The translations under genes were made by a program, and so were the position numbers. A DNA stretch of 64,000 nucleotides from an uncultured delta proteobacterium (lineage in GTDB: Bacteria; Desulfobacterota; RBG-13-43-22), in assembly GCA_963743305.1 (NCBI GenBank), contig CAVUPH010000029.1, forward strand, positions 1 to 64,000. Direction: 5' to 3'. This document shows, one piece after another, positions 1 through 9,542 of the stretch; position 1 is the first letter of the stretch, and every line of letters begins with the position of its first letter. The notes below the pieces were generated by a model. The model saw only the letters and a list, made by a program, of their open reading frames with translations. It had not been told where the DNA came from and did no database searches.

Positions 1-1275
1 GATGATTTCGAGCTGAAGGATTTCAATCTGAAAATCTGCGATATACTGAAGATATCCGAGCAGGAAATCCATAAGACGGACATGAAGGCGCTCCTGAAGG
101 ATATAATCAAGGATATGCATAATTTCAGTTACAGCAATAAAATCAACTACAGGGAAATAAGCCTGTACACAGGCAATAACGATATTGAATGCAATGTCAG
201 CGTGACGCCTGTAAAGGGTGAAGACAAATATATAGGATTCGTGATCCTGGTTAAGAAGGCTGCCAGTTTTAGGCATGTGGTTAACAAGATTGCGGGATTC
301 TACTCGAAATATTCCTTTGATGACATAATAACGAAAAACCCCAAAATGCTGTCCGTTGTCCATGAAGCAAAGAGGATTGCAGCCAGCGACTGCACCGTGC
401 TGATCACCGGGGAAAGCGGAACCGGCAAGGAACTGTTTGCGCACTCCATCCATGAAGCAAGCAACAGAGGCAAAGGACCCTTTGTCGCGATAAATTGTGC
501 AGCCCTGCCCCAGGATCTGGTAGAAAGCGAACTCTTCGGATATGAGAAAGGTGCGTTCACCGGAGCGTCCAAGGAGGGGTGCCCTGGAAAGTTTGAAATG
601 GCAAACAACGGAACAATCTTTCTGGATGAAATCGGAGAGCTGCCTCTTGAGATACAGTCCAAGCTTCTCAGAGTTTTGGACAATCATTCTGTAACAAGGA
701 TCGGCGGAAAGTATGAAAAACCGCTGGATGTCAGGGTCATAGCTGCAACAAACAGGAATCTGTATGACCAGATTCAAACAAATAACTTCAGGGGAGATCT
801 GTATTACAGGATAAATGTCTTTAACATAAAGCTTGTTCCCCTCAGGGAGCGCCCGGAAGATGCGGGACTGTGCGCGGAGGTATTCCTGAAGCGCCTCAAC
901 GACAAAAATCCGGAGAAAAGGAAGCATTTTGATGAGGAATTCATCGAATCCGTTAAGAAATACGACTGGCCCGGAAATGTGAGGGAACTTGAAAATGTCA
1001 TCAAAAGGGCATATTATCTGTCAAAAGAAGATTTTATATCACATGTCTATATTCCCGATTATATAAATGAAAATATAGATGAAGTTGCCGATGAGATTTA
1101 TATAGGGAATACCAGGATCGTTTCCCCTGAAGAGGTGGAGAAGGGCAACATAGCGAAAATGATTGCAGAGTGCAAAGGCAATGTAATCGAGGCGGGAAAA
1201 AAATTAAATTTGAGCAAATCAACGATCTACCGAAAAATAAAAAAATACAATATAGAATTGGACAAAACATCTTAA
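1..1275 (+). CDS. acoR: Sigma54-dependent enhancer-binding regulator (PAS-AAA+-HTH), AcoR-like; 5' end truncated by the window edge
   Basis: GESGTGKE, GAFTGA, FLDEIGE and WPGNVREL motifs plus a C-terminal Fis-type HTH. The frame is open from base 1 and lies directly upstream of the aco operon. Confidence 0.85.
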   Translation, partial: DDFELKDFNLKICDILKISEQEIHKTDMKALLKDIIKDMHNFSYSNKINYREISLYTGNNDIECNVSVTPVKGEDKYIGFVILVKKAASFRHVVNKIAGFYSKYSFDDIITKNPKMLSVVHEAKRIAASDCTVLITGESGTGKELFAHSIHEASNRGKGPFVAINCAALPQDLVESELFGYEKGAFTGASKEGCPGKFEMANNGTIFLDEIGELPLEIQSKLLRVLDNHSVTRIGGKYEKPLDVRVIAATNRNLYDQIQTNNFRGDLYYRINVFNIKLVPLRERPEDAGLCAEVFLKRLNDKNPEKRKHFDEEFIESVKKYDWPGNVRELENVIKRAYYLSKEDFISHVYIPDYINENIDEVADEIYIGNTRIVSPEEVEKGNIAKMIAECKGNVIEAGKKLNLSKSTIYRKIKKYNIELDKTS

Positions 1276-1279
1276 GAAA

Positions 1280-1331
1280 TTCCCAGGTCTGGGAAAAAAG
1301 CGTTACTTAACGATTCCCGGATTTGGGAATC
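1280..1331. promoter_or_regulatory. Two palindromic TTCCC-N6-GGGAA sites, putative upstream activator sites for the EBP
   Basis: TTCCCAGGTCTGGGAA (1280-1295) and GATTCCCGGATTTGGGAATC (1312-1331), about 160-210 bp upstream of a -24/-12 promoter. Confidence 0.6.
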
Positions 1332-1427
1332 AGTCTTTAAAAGCACTGGAACCGGGATAGTGAAAACGTTAACAGTACCAATAGTGGGAATTTTCAGAAT
1401 AAATAATTTTGTTTTTTATCAATTATG

Positions 1428-1468
1428 GGACTTGCATCAGGCGAAAAAGCTTGATGCAGGTCCTTTTT
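1428..1468 (+). terminator. Intrinsic terminator-like hairpin after acoR
   Basis: GGACTTGCATCAGGC-GAAAAA-GCTTGATGCAGGTCC followed by TTTTT. Confidence 0.65.
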
Positions 1469-1490
1469 ACATGATATTTCATGATCTCTA

Positions 1491-1507
1491 TTGGCACGAA
1501 ATATGCT
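1491..1507 (+). promoter_or_regulatory. Sigma54 -24/-12 promoter
   Basis: TTGGCACGAAATATGCT, with GG(1493-94)-N10-GC(1505-06); adjacent to an EBP gene. Confidence 0.85.
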
Positions 1508-1541
1508 TAATAGTATAAGTGAGACTGAAGGAGGTGAAGAG

Positions 1542-1841
1542 ATGCTTAAGGCTGCATTTATGTTCTTGTCAACAGACGCAAACCCAGATATCCATATATG
1601 CAATATTGAAACCGGAAACATGTCGCTTTTGGCCGTAGGGGTTCCAAACTATAAAGTGGCCTGCAGGACTGCTGAAGAACTTCTCGAAAAAGGGATTTCC
1701 GCAATTGAACTTTGCGGCGGTTTTGGGCATGAAGGCGTGGCAGCAATAAAAAAAGCAGTTCACGGGAAAATTCCCGTGGGAGTTGTGAGATTCGATATCC
1801 ACCCTGGGCTGGGAAACAACAGCGGAGACTCGATATTCTAA
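1542..1841 (+). CDS. DUF6506-like small protein
   Basis: GGAGGTG RBS before ATG 1542; IELCGGFG and IPVGVVRFD-HP motifs as recalled for this family. Confidence 0.7.
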   Translation: MLKAAFMFLSTDANPDIHICNIETGNMSLLAVGVPNYKVACRTAEELLEKGISAIELCGGFGHEGVAAIKKAVHGKIPVGVVRFDIHPGLGNNSGDSIF

Positions 1842-1879
1842 GCTAATCAATAATAAGATATAAAAAGGAGTGATCTGTT

Positions 1880-2860
1880 TTGGAAATGTCAAATGAAAAG
1901 ATTAAGGAAATGTACACAACCATGCTGAAAATCAGAAAGTTTGAGGAATTTGCAGTTGGTGCGACAGCTGAAGGAAGAATTCCCGGATTTATCCATCTGT
2001 ATATCGGGGAAGAGGCAATCGCTACGGGGGTATGTGCAAACCTGAAACCGGATGACTACATCACAAGCACTCATAGAGGCCATGGCCACATAATCGCAAA
2101 AGGCGGAGAATTAAACAAGATGATGGCAGAGCTTTTCGGGAAAGCAGACGGCTATTGTAAAGGAAGAGGCGGATCGATGCATATTGCCGATGCTTCGAAA
2201 GGCATACTGGGAGCAAACGGCATAGTCGGCGCCGGTCATGACATAGCTCTGGGAGCAGGCTTGAGCGCTCAGTACAAAGGAACAGACCAGGTATGCATAT
2301 GCTTCTTCGGAGATGCATCCACAAACCAGGGTACTTTCCACGAATCCCTGAACATGTCCAGCACATGGAAGCTTCCCGTTGTATATGTTTGCGAGAACAA
2401 CGGATTCGGAATATCGGTAAGCCAGAAGAGGCATCAGGCCATCAAGGATGTAGCAGACAGGGGCGCGGCTTACAATGTACCTGGAGTTGTAGTTGACGGA
2501 AACGATGTATTTGCTGTATCCGAAGCAGCCGCTGAAGCAATTAAAAGAGCTAGGGAAGGCAAGGGCCCGACTATAGTGGAATGCAAGACCTGGAGGCAAA
2601 GGGGTCACTTTGAAGGTGATGCCTGCGTATATAAGGATAAGGACGAGCAGGAAGCCTGGCTTAAAAAGGATCCTATCCCAAGACTTGAAAAGTATATGCT
2701 TGAAAACGGAGTTTTAGATGAAGCCGGCTTGAAGGAGATACAGGCTGAAGTTGCTGCAATGGTCAAGGAAGCTGCAGATTTTGCAGATAAAAGTCCAATG
2801 CCGGAACTGAGCACAGCACTCCAGGACGTTTACACCGATATTATCGAGGAGGGAAGATAG
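1880..2860 (+). CDS. acoA: TPP-dependent acetoin dehydrogenase E1 alpha
   Basis: PGFIHLYIGEEA, THRGHGH, GDASTNQG..ENN TPP motif, GHFEGD. Confidence 0.9.
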   Translation: MEMSNEKIKEMYTTMLKIRKFEEFAVGATAEGRIPGFIHLYIGEEAIATGVCANLKPDDYITSTHRGHGHIIAKGGELNKMMAELFGKADGYCKGRGGSMHIADASKGILGANGIVGAGHDIALGAGLSAQYKGTDQVCICFFGDASTNQGTFHESLNMSSTWKLPVVYVCENNGFGISVSQKRHQAIKDVADRGAAYNVPGVVVDGNDVFAVSEAAAEAIKRAREGKGPTIVECKTWRQRGHFEGDACVYKDKDEQEAWLKKDPIPRLEKYMLENGVLDEAGLKEIQAEVAAMVKEAADFADKSPMPELSTALQDVYTDIIEEGR

Positions 2861-2862
2861 CT

Positions 2863-3835
2863 ATGAGAACGATGACTTATATGGAAGCGATAAGAGAAGC
2901 TATGAGGATGAAACTTACGGAAGACGAAAACGTATGCACATTCGGTGAGGATGTTGGAAAATTTGGAGGATGCTTCGGAGTATACGGCTCCCTCTTTGAA
3001 GAGTTCGGTGAAAAAAGGGTCAGGGATACCCCTATATCAGAAGCTGCAATAGTGGGCATGGCTATTGGAGCAGCTGCCACAGGCTTGAGGCCGGTTGCAG
3101 AAATAATGATGGGCGACTTCATGACTGTTGCAATGGATATGCTTGTAAACCAGGCTGCAAAGCTCAGATATATGACCGGCGGCGGCATAACTCTGCCGAT
3201 GGTTGTAAGAACAGCCGGAGGCGGCGGTCTGGGAGCTGCAGCTCAGCATTCGCAGTCCCTTGGAGGCGTGGATCACGCATGTGCCTGGCCTCAAGTGTGT
3301 TTACCCTTCAACTCCGGCAGACGCTGCTGGATTGCTGCTTTCCGCAATAGAGGATGACAATCCGGTTGTATTCTTTGAGCACAAAGGAATCTACAGCTAC
3401 AAAGGGGAAGTTCCTGATGTAATCAAGCCGATACCTTTGGGGGTTGCCGATATAAAGAGGGAAGGCTCGGATGTCACTATTGTGGCTACAGGCAAGATGG
3501 TTTGGGAATCCCTGAAGGCTGCAGCAGAGCTTGCAAAAGAAGGGATCGAAGTTGAAGTAGTGGATCCGAGGACATTATACCCGCTCGACAAAGAAACCAT
3601 ATTCAACTCAGTCAAGAAAACCAGCAAAGCAGTAATTGTTACGGAAGAGGTCAAGAGAGGCGGATACGCCGGAGAAATCTCTGCCATGATAGCCGAAGAA
3701 ATTTTCGATTACCTTGATGCGCCAGTGGTAAGGGTCGGAGCACTCAATACCCCGATACCGTTCGCATCAAACCTTGAGAGCTATGTGCTTCCTAATGCAG
3801 CTGATGTTGTCAAAGCGGTAAAGAAATTGTTTTAA
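2863..3835 (+). CDS. acoB: Acetoin dehydrogenase E1 beta; one frameshift near 3258 (likely sequencing error)
   Basis: DTPISE..QHSQS in ORF 2863-3357 continues as EAWITHVPGLK..DPRTLYPLD in ORF 3260-3835. Confidence 0.88.
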
Positions 3836-3890
3836 AAAATAGGGAGGGGTGGGGATACCCACACCTCCTAAACAATTAGGGGTTGGAGAT

Positions 3891-4916
3891 ATGGGTATGA
3901 TCGGTATAATTGCAAATCCATCTTCAGGAAAGGATATCAGAAGGCTTGTATCACATGCCACCACGGTAGACAACAACGAAAAGCTGAATATAGTTGAAAG
4001 GATAATACTTGCTGCACAGGCGTACGGTGTAAGGGATTTTCTCATAATGCCAGATGCATTTCAAATCGGCTACACTGCAATGGACCATCTGAGCAACCTT
4101 GGAGAACTGACCGGGAAAATTGAGATTGTGGACATGAAGTATGCAGGAAGCGTCGATGACACTATTTTGGCCGCTGCAGAAATGGAAAAGAGGAATGCAG
4201 ACTGCATAGTTGTATTGGGCGGGGACGGCACGAGCAGGGCTGTTGCAAAGTCGATAAAGAACACTCCTATAATCCCGCTGTCTACGGGAACAAACAATGT
4301 ATATCCGGATTTAGTTGAAGGCACTGTAGCCGGCATGGCAGCAGCTATGATAGCCAGCGGAAAATATGACTTGAGTAAAATGACTCACAGGGATAAAAGA
4401 ATCGAGATATATAAAAATGGAGAGCTGGTCGATATAGCTCTGGTCGATGCAGTCATCACAAGCAACCCCGTGCAGGGATCAAAGGCTATTTGGAACACAG
4501 AGGATATATCAAAAATCATCGTCTCCAGGGCTCACCCTGCGTCCATAGGCTTTTCATCCATTGCCGGCTGCAAAAGGATTGTAAGCGTCCAGGACGACTT
4601 CGGCATGTGCGTTGACCTGAGCGAAAAGAAGCATGTGATCCTTGCTCCCATAGCTGCAGGCACTATCAAGGCAGTTACCATGGGGGATGAAGTTTTAATC
4701 GGCCTGGATCAGGATTTTCCCTATGAAACCAAGGAACGCGGGACAATAGCTTTAGACGGAGAAAGAGAGATTACCTTTAAACCCGAAGAAAAATTCGTTT
4801 TCAGAATAACAAGAAACGGTCCGCTTCGCGTGGACATAAGGAAAACTGTGGAGCTGGCCCATAAGGAAGGGTTTTTTTCAACATCGGGGATGATTAAACA
4901 TAAAGGAGAAGATTAG
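3891..4916 (+). CDS. acoX: AcoX, NAD kinase-like acetoin catabolism protein
   Basis: GIIANPSSGKDIRRLVS, LGGDGT, STGTNN, ALDGERE; position between acoB and acoC. Confidence 0.88.
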   Translation: MGMIGIIANPSSGKDIRRLVSHATTVDNNEKLNIVERIILAAQAYGVRDFLIMPDAFQIGYTAMDHLSNLGELTGKIEIVDMKYAGSVDDTILAAAEMEKRNADCIVVLGGDGTSRAVAKSIKNTPIIPLSTGTNNVYPDLVEGTVAGMAAAMIASGKYDLSKMTHRDKRIEIYKNGELVDIALVDAVITSNPVQGSKAIWNTEDISKIIVSRAHPASIGFSSIAGCKRIVSVQDDFGMCVDLSEKKHVILAPIAAGTIKAVTMGDEVLIGLDQDFPYETKERGTIALDGEREITFKPEEKFVFRITRNGPLRVDIRKTVELAHKEGFFSTSGMIKHKGED

Positions 4917-4918
4917 AT

Positions 4919-6235
4919 ATGGCGAAGATTGTTAAAATGCCTAAACTAGGGTTAACGATGACAGAAGGTACCATAGTGAAGTGGAACAAGAAAGAGGGGG
5001 ATACTGTAGCAGCGGGAGAGGTGCTTCTGGAGATTGCCACAGATAAGCTTACAAACGAAGTCCAAGCGGATGAAAGCGGGGTAGTCAGGAAAATATTTGT
5101 TCAAGAGGATGAGACTGTGGAATGCCTGAAACCTATAGCGGTGATTGCGGCTGCAGATGAGGATATATCCGCCTTGCTTAAAGAAGCTGATCAGGGCTCT
5201 GAAGCCCCAGCTGCGGCAGGTGCTCCGGAAATTGCCGCTGCTGAAAAAGCAGAAGAGCCGGAAAATGTTAAACCTGAAGGAAGGGTGATAGCTGCACCTG
5301 CGGCAAAAAAACTTGCTCTGGAGAAGGGGATCGACATCAGCCTTGTCACGGGAACAGGCCCTAACGGAAGAATAGTAGTCAAAGATGTGGAGAATTATCT
5401 GGAAAACGAAAAAACAAAGGTGAAAGTTTCTCCGGTGGCAGCGAAAATTGCTCAGGAGCTGAACGTAAATGTGGATGAAATAGGCAAAGAGGGCAGGGTA
5501 ATGAAAGCCGATGTTCTGGGCTATGCAAATAAAGGTGCCGCTGCTAAGGCCGAAGAAACCTTGAAGCTGTCACAGATGAGGAAAACCATAGCTTCGCACA
5601 TGAGCTCAAGCTGGGCAACCTCGCCGAGGGTTACTTTCAATATACCAGTGGACACAACCGCCATGCAGGACTTCCGTTCTAAAGTGAATCCTATGCTCAA
5701 GGAGCAGGGGATCAAGATCTCGTTCAACCATATTCTGATGAAGGTCTGCGCAAAGCTGCTCATGGAGATGCCTTCGATCAATGCAAGCCTGTCAGGGGAT
5801 ATGCTGACCCTTCATCCTGCTGCCAACATAGGGCTTGCAGTGGGTCTGAATGATGGCTTGGTAGTTCCAAATATCAAAAATTGTGACGCGAAATCTCTGT
5901 CAGAAATCGCTGCCGAAACAGATAAGCTTGTTGCTGCAGCCCGGGACAACAAACTGACGATGGATGACATGACGGGCGGAACATTCACAATAACCAACCT
6001 CGGGGCATACGGGATCACATCATTTTCGCCGATCATAAACCAGCCTGAACTGGCAATTCTCGGAGTGAATGCTATTGTGGACACACCGGTTGTTGAAGAC
6101 GGCCAAATTGTAATCAGGCCAATGATGAACCTCAGCCTGACTGCCGACCACAGGATCGTAGACGGAGTGCTGGCTGCAAAATTCCTTCAGAAATTAACCC
6201 TGTATCTTGAAAATCCATGCATGCTGCTGATTTAG
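4919..6235 (+). CDS. acoC: Dihydrolipoamide acetyltransferase E2
   Basis: Lipoyl domain (TDKL), two E3-binding repeats (GTGPNGRI, GKEGRV), catalytic DHRIVDG. Confidence 0.92.
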   Translation: MAKIVKMPKLGLTMTEGTIVKWNKKEGDTVAAGEVLLEIATDKLTNEVQADESGVVRKIFVQEDETVECLKPIAVIAAADEDISALLKEADQGSEAPAAAGAPEIAAAEKAEEPENVKPEGRVIAAPAAKKLALEKGIDISLVTGTGPNGRIVVKDVENYLENEKTKVKVSPVAAKIAQELNVNVDEIGKEGRVMKADVLGYANKGAAAKAEETLKLSQMRKTIASHMSSSWATSPRVTFNIPVDTTAMQDFRSKVNPMLKEQGIKISFNHILMKVCAKLLMEMPSINASLSGDMLTLHPAANIGLAVGLNDGLVVPNIKNCDAKSLSEIAAETDKLVAAARDNKLTMDDMTGGTFTITNLGAYGITSFSPIINQPELAILGVNAIVDTPVVEDGQIVIRPMMNLSLTADHRIVDGVLAAKFLQKLTLYLENPCMLLI

Positions 6236-6249
6236 GAGGTTTGGAGAAT

Positions 6250-7659
6250 ATGACAGATAAAACAATTATGCCTGAGCAGGGAGTGACGATCGCTGTAATA
6301 GGCGGAGGACCTGGCGGATATATAGCTGCCATAAGGGCAGCGCAGCTTGGGGCTCAAGTCACATTGATAGAAAAGGAGAAGATGGGCGGCACCTGCGTAA
6401 ACATTGGATGCATACCAACAAAAGCTTTGATTCACAGCGCGGATGTTTACAGGGAAGCCAGAAACAGCAGCAACATAGGAATCGACGCTGAAGTCACAGT
6501 CAACTGGGAAAAAGTTCAATCCAACAAAAACAAGATCACCACCGGGCTTTCAAAGGGGATATCAGGGCTGATGCTGTCAAACAAAGTCAAGGTTGTTCAG
6601 GGAACAGCCGAGTTCATCAGTGCCTCCAGTTTGAAGGTGGTGAAGGCGGACGGCAGTATTGAAACCGTCGAGGCGGACAGGATAATAATCGCTTCAGGCT
6701 CAGTTCCTGCAGTACCACCGATTCCCGGCATGGACAACAAAAACTGCATAAACAGCACGGGAGCGCTGGAGCTTACAGAAATACCGAAATCCATGGTTGT
6801 CATCGGCGGTGGTGTAATCGGCATCGAGTTTGCATCGCTTTACAGCACATTCGGAACAAAAGTCACAGTTATAGAAATGCTGCCCAAACTGCTGCCTATG
6901 ATGGACGGCGAGCTCACGGCCATTGCCAGGAAGCAGCTCGTTAAATCCGGGATTGCAATTCATACGGAAGCACAGGTGCTTGCCATAGAGGAGGCTTCCC
7001 AGGGAGCCAGGGTCAAGGTTTCTATTAACGGGAAGGAAGAATGCTTTGAAGCTGAAAAGGTTCTTGTGGCGGTGGGAAGGCGCACCGCAACAGAAGATCT
7101 GAAGCTAGAGAACGCAGGGGTAGCCAGCGACAGAGGCCGCATAACCGTAGACAGCAGGCAGCGGACCAACATAGAAAATGTTTACGCAATCGGCGACTGT
7201 ATAGGGAAAGTTATGCTTGCGCATACCGCATCAGTTATGGGGGAAGTCGCAGCCGAAAATGCCATGGGAATGGAATCGGTTTACGATGAACGCACAAATC
7301 CCTCATGCGTATATATTGACCCGGAATTCGCAGGGGTAGGCCTCACTGAGGAACAGGCGAAAGAGAGGAACATAGACTACATCACAGGCAAGTTCCCTTT
7401 GATCGCTAATGCCAAATCAAAGATAATGGGCTGTCCTAGCGGGGTGGTTAAAATCATCGCAGACGCCAAGTACAAAGAAATTCTGGGGGTTCACATACTC
7501 GGGCCAAGGGCTACCGACCTTATCACTGAAGGGGCGCTGGCGATACGCCTTGAGGCGACCGTTGAAGAGCTTATATCGACTATCCATGCACATCCCACAG
7601 TCGGTGAAGCGGTGAGGGAAGCGGCTCTGGATGTCGAAAACCGCGCGCTCAACATTTGA
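6250..7659 (+). CDS. acoL: Dihydrolipoyl dehydrogenase E3
   Basis: GGGPGGY, GGTCVNIGCIP, GGGVIG, HAHPT. Confidence 0.92.
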   Translation: MTDKTIMPEQGVTIAVIGGGPGGYIAAIRAAQLGAQVTLIEKEKMGGTCVNIGCIPTKALIHSADVYREARNSSNIGIDAEVTVNWEKVQSNKNKITTGLSKGISGLMLSNKVKVVQGTAEFISASSLKVVKADGSIETVEADRIIIASGSVPAVPPIPGMDNKNCINSTGALELTEIPKSMVVIGGGVIGIEFASLYSTFGTKVTVIEMLPKLLPMMDGELTAIARKQLVKSGIAIHTEAQVLAIEEASQGARVKVSINGKEECFEAEKVLVAVGRRTATEDLKLENAGVASDRGRITVDSRQRTNIENVYAIGDCIGKVMLAHTASVMGEVAAENAMGMESVYDERTNPSCVYIDPEFAGVGLTEEQAKERNIDYITGKFPLIANAKSKIMGCPSGVVKIIADAKYKEILGVHILGPRATDLITEGALAIRLEATVEELISTIHAHPTVGEAVREAALDVENRALNI

Positions 7660-7685
7660 AAATAAAATTGGAACAGGAGATGAGT

Positions 7686-7733
7686 ATGATGTTGAAGAGA
7701 TATATTGTCGAGTTCGGCACCGGCGTCGATCTA
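7686..7733 (+). pseudogene. N-terminal stub of a Lin0512-family protein, cut at the junction
   Basis: AGGAG RBS then MMLKRYIVEFGTGVDL. The family normally continues DLHG.D, but here the sequence switches to an ATPase Walker A region. Confidence 0.65.
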
Positions 7734-9530
7734 AACGTGTTAATCGGGGGCCGAGGCACTGGTAAGTCCACGGTCATCGAGAGCCTACGTTATGTCCTCG
7801 GTGTTGAGCCCATCGGGGAAGAAGCAAGAAAGGCCCATGAGGGCATAGTGCGCAATGTCATTAAGAGCGGGACCAAGATTTCGCTTCTGGCTCAGATCCT
7901 ACCAACCCTCCAGGAATGATTACTTGATCGAGCGTACGGTCCCGAATCCCCCGGTGGTTCGTGACGTCGATGGACAGATCCTTCCTTTAAGTCCTTCAGA
8001 TGTGGTCCCCCAGGTTGAAGTGTACGGCCAACATGAAATATCGGAGATCACAAAAAGTCCGGAAAAGCTCACGAGACTGTTGGATCGTTTCGTATCTCGT
8101 GACCATGATCTGGATAATCGGAAGAGAGAACTCAAAAATCATCTCGAACGCTCTCGGACTCGTCTCCTCGGGACAAAAAAAGAGCTTTTGCAGATTGCCG
8201 AGCGGCTGGCAAAGCTTCCAGCCCTTGAAGTGACGCTCCGCAGTTATCAGCAAGCCGGCCTCGAAGAAAAATTGAAAGAGCAGACCCTGCTGGTGCGAGA
8301 AGAGCGCATCCTGAACATGGCAAAAGAACGAATTGAACCCTTTGAAAAGTTAGTTGTCGCAGTAAAGGGAAATCTCCCGGTAGACCGTGCTTTTCTATCG
8401 GATAAAGCGCTTGACGATCTACCGGACAAAGGCCTTCTGAAAGAAGCAGATGTGGTCTTGGCTGATTTAGAAAGAGATATACAAGGTCTGTCTCTGAAGA
8501 TAGGTGACGCAATTGAAAGTGCCCGGTCGAAACTAGCGAACATTAAAGAGCGTTGGGAGGAACGCAAACAGTCGGCCCAAGCTGCATATGAGGCAATTTT
8601 GAGAGAGCTTCAAAAATCGAAAATTGACGGGGAGGAGTTTATCCGGTTGAGACGACAGATCGAAGATTTGCGCCCTTTAACGGAGCGAGAGGCACTTTTG
8701 AACCGCGACTTGAAGGCTTATGAGGACGAGAGACGAAATCTGTTAGTTGAATGGGAAGATACTAAAGCCGAATCATTTCGAAGACTTGAACGAGCAGCAA
8801 AGAAGGTAAATAGGGGCCTTAGAAACAAGGTGTTAGTTGAGGTGAAAGCCTTTGGAAATCGAGAACTCCTTACCCAGCTTCTGAAAGAGCGAATCGGAGG
8901 TCGCCTTTCTGAAGCTATCGAGGCCCTGAAACGACAGGTTGACTTCTCGCTACCTGCTTTTGTCGACGCTTGGGCTCAAGGAAAGGATGTCCTGTCATTA
9001 CAGTTCGGTCTTCCACCTGCACAAGCTGAACGGATAGTTGAGGCAGGTCAAGACATTAGACTGGAGGTTGAAGAGTTGGAATTACCTCCTACGACAACAA
9101 TCAAACTTAATGTAGCCGGAGAAGGGCAACCCCCAGCATGGCAAACTCTGGATGATCTCTCACGGGGCAGAAGGCCACGGCAGTGTTGCTTCTTCTTTTA
9201 CTCGAATCACAAGGCCCGCTGGTGGTCGATCAGCCTGAAGACGATCTCGACAATCGCTTCATCACGGAGGGTATTGTCCCTAAAATGCGCGAAGAAAAGC
9301 GGAGGAGACAATTCGTCTTTGCTACACATAACGCCAATGTCCCTGTGCTGGGAGATGCCGAACTTATCGTAGGGTTGTCGGCAGCAGGTGAAGCTGGGCA
9401 GGGCCACGCTACACTATCGCCTGAATATATGGGCTCTATAGACAACCATCAGGTGAGCGAACTTGTGAAGGAAGTTCTGGAAGGGGGACGTGCCGCTTTT
9501 GAGACAAGGCGTCGCAAATACGGGTTCTAG
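7731..9530 (+). CDS. TrlF-like SMC/ABC-type ATPase, N-terminus missing; frameshifts near 7890 and 9165
   Basis: LNVLIGGRGTGKST (Walker A), YGQHEI, long coiled coil, LS.GQ signature region, VVDQPEDDLDN, ATHNAN, LEGG..AF..RR.KY. Confidence 0.8.
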
Positions 9531-9542
9531 GAGGTTCGCCCA

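Noticed and set aside
3245-3270. Programmed frameshifting in acoB or other split genes
   Set aside because: No slippery heptamer or stimulatory structure, and indels are scattered across unrelated genes.
1-7730. aco cluster as a genuine horizontally acquired island
   Set aside because: Both genes at the boundary are cut mid-sequence with no mobility signature; a chimera is more parsimonious until reads show otherwise.
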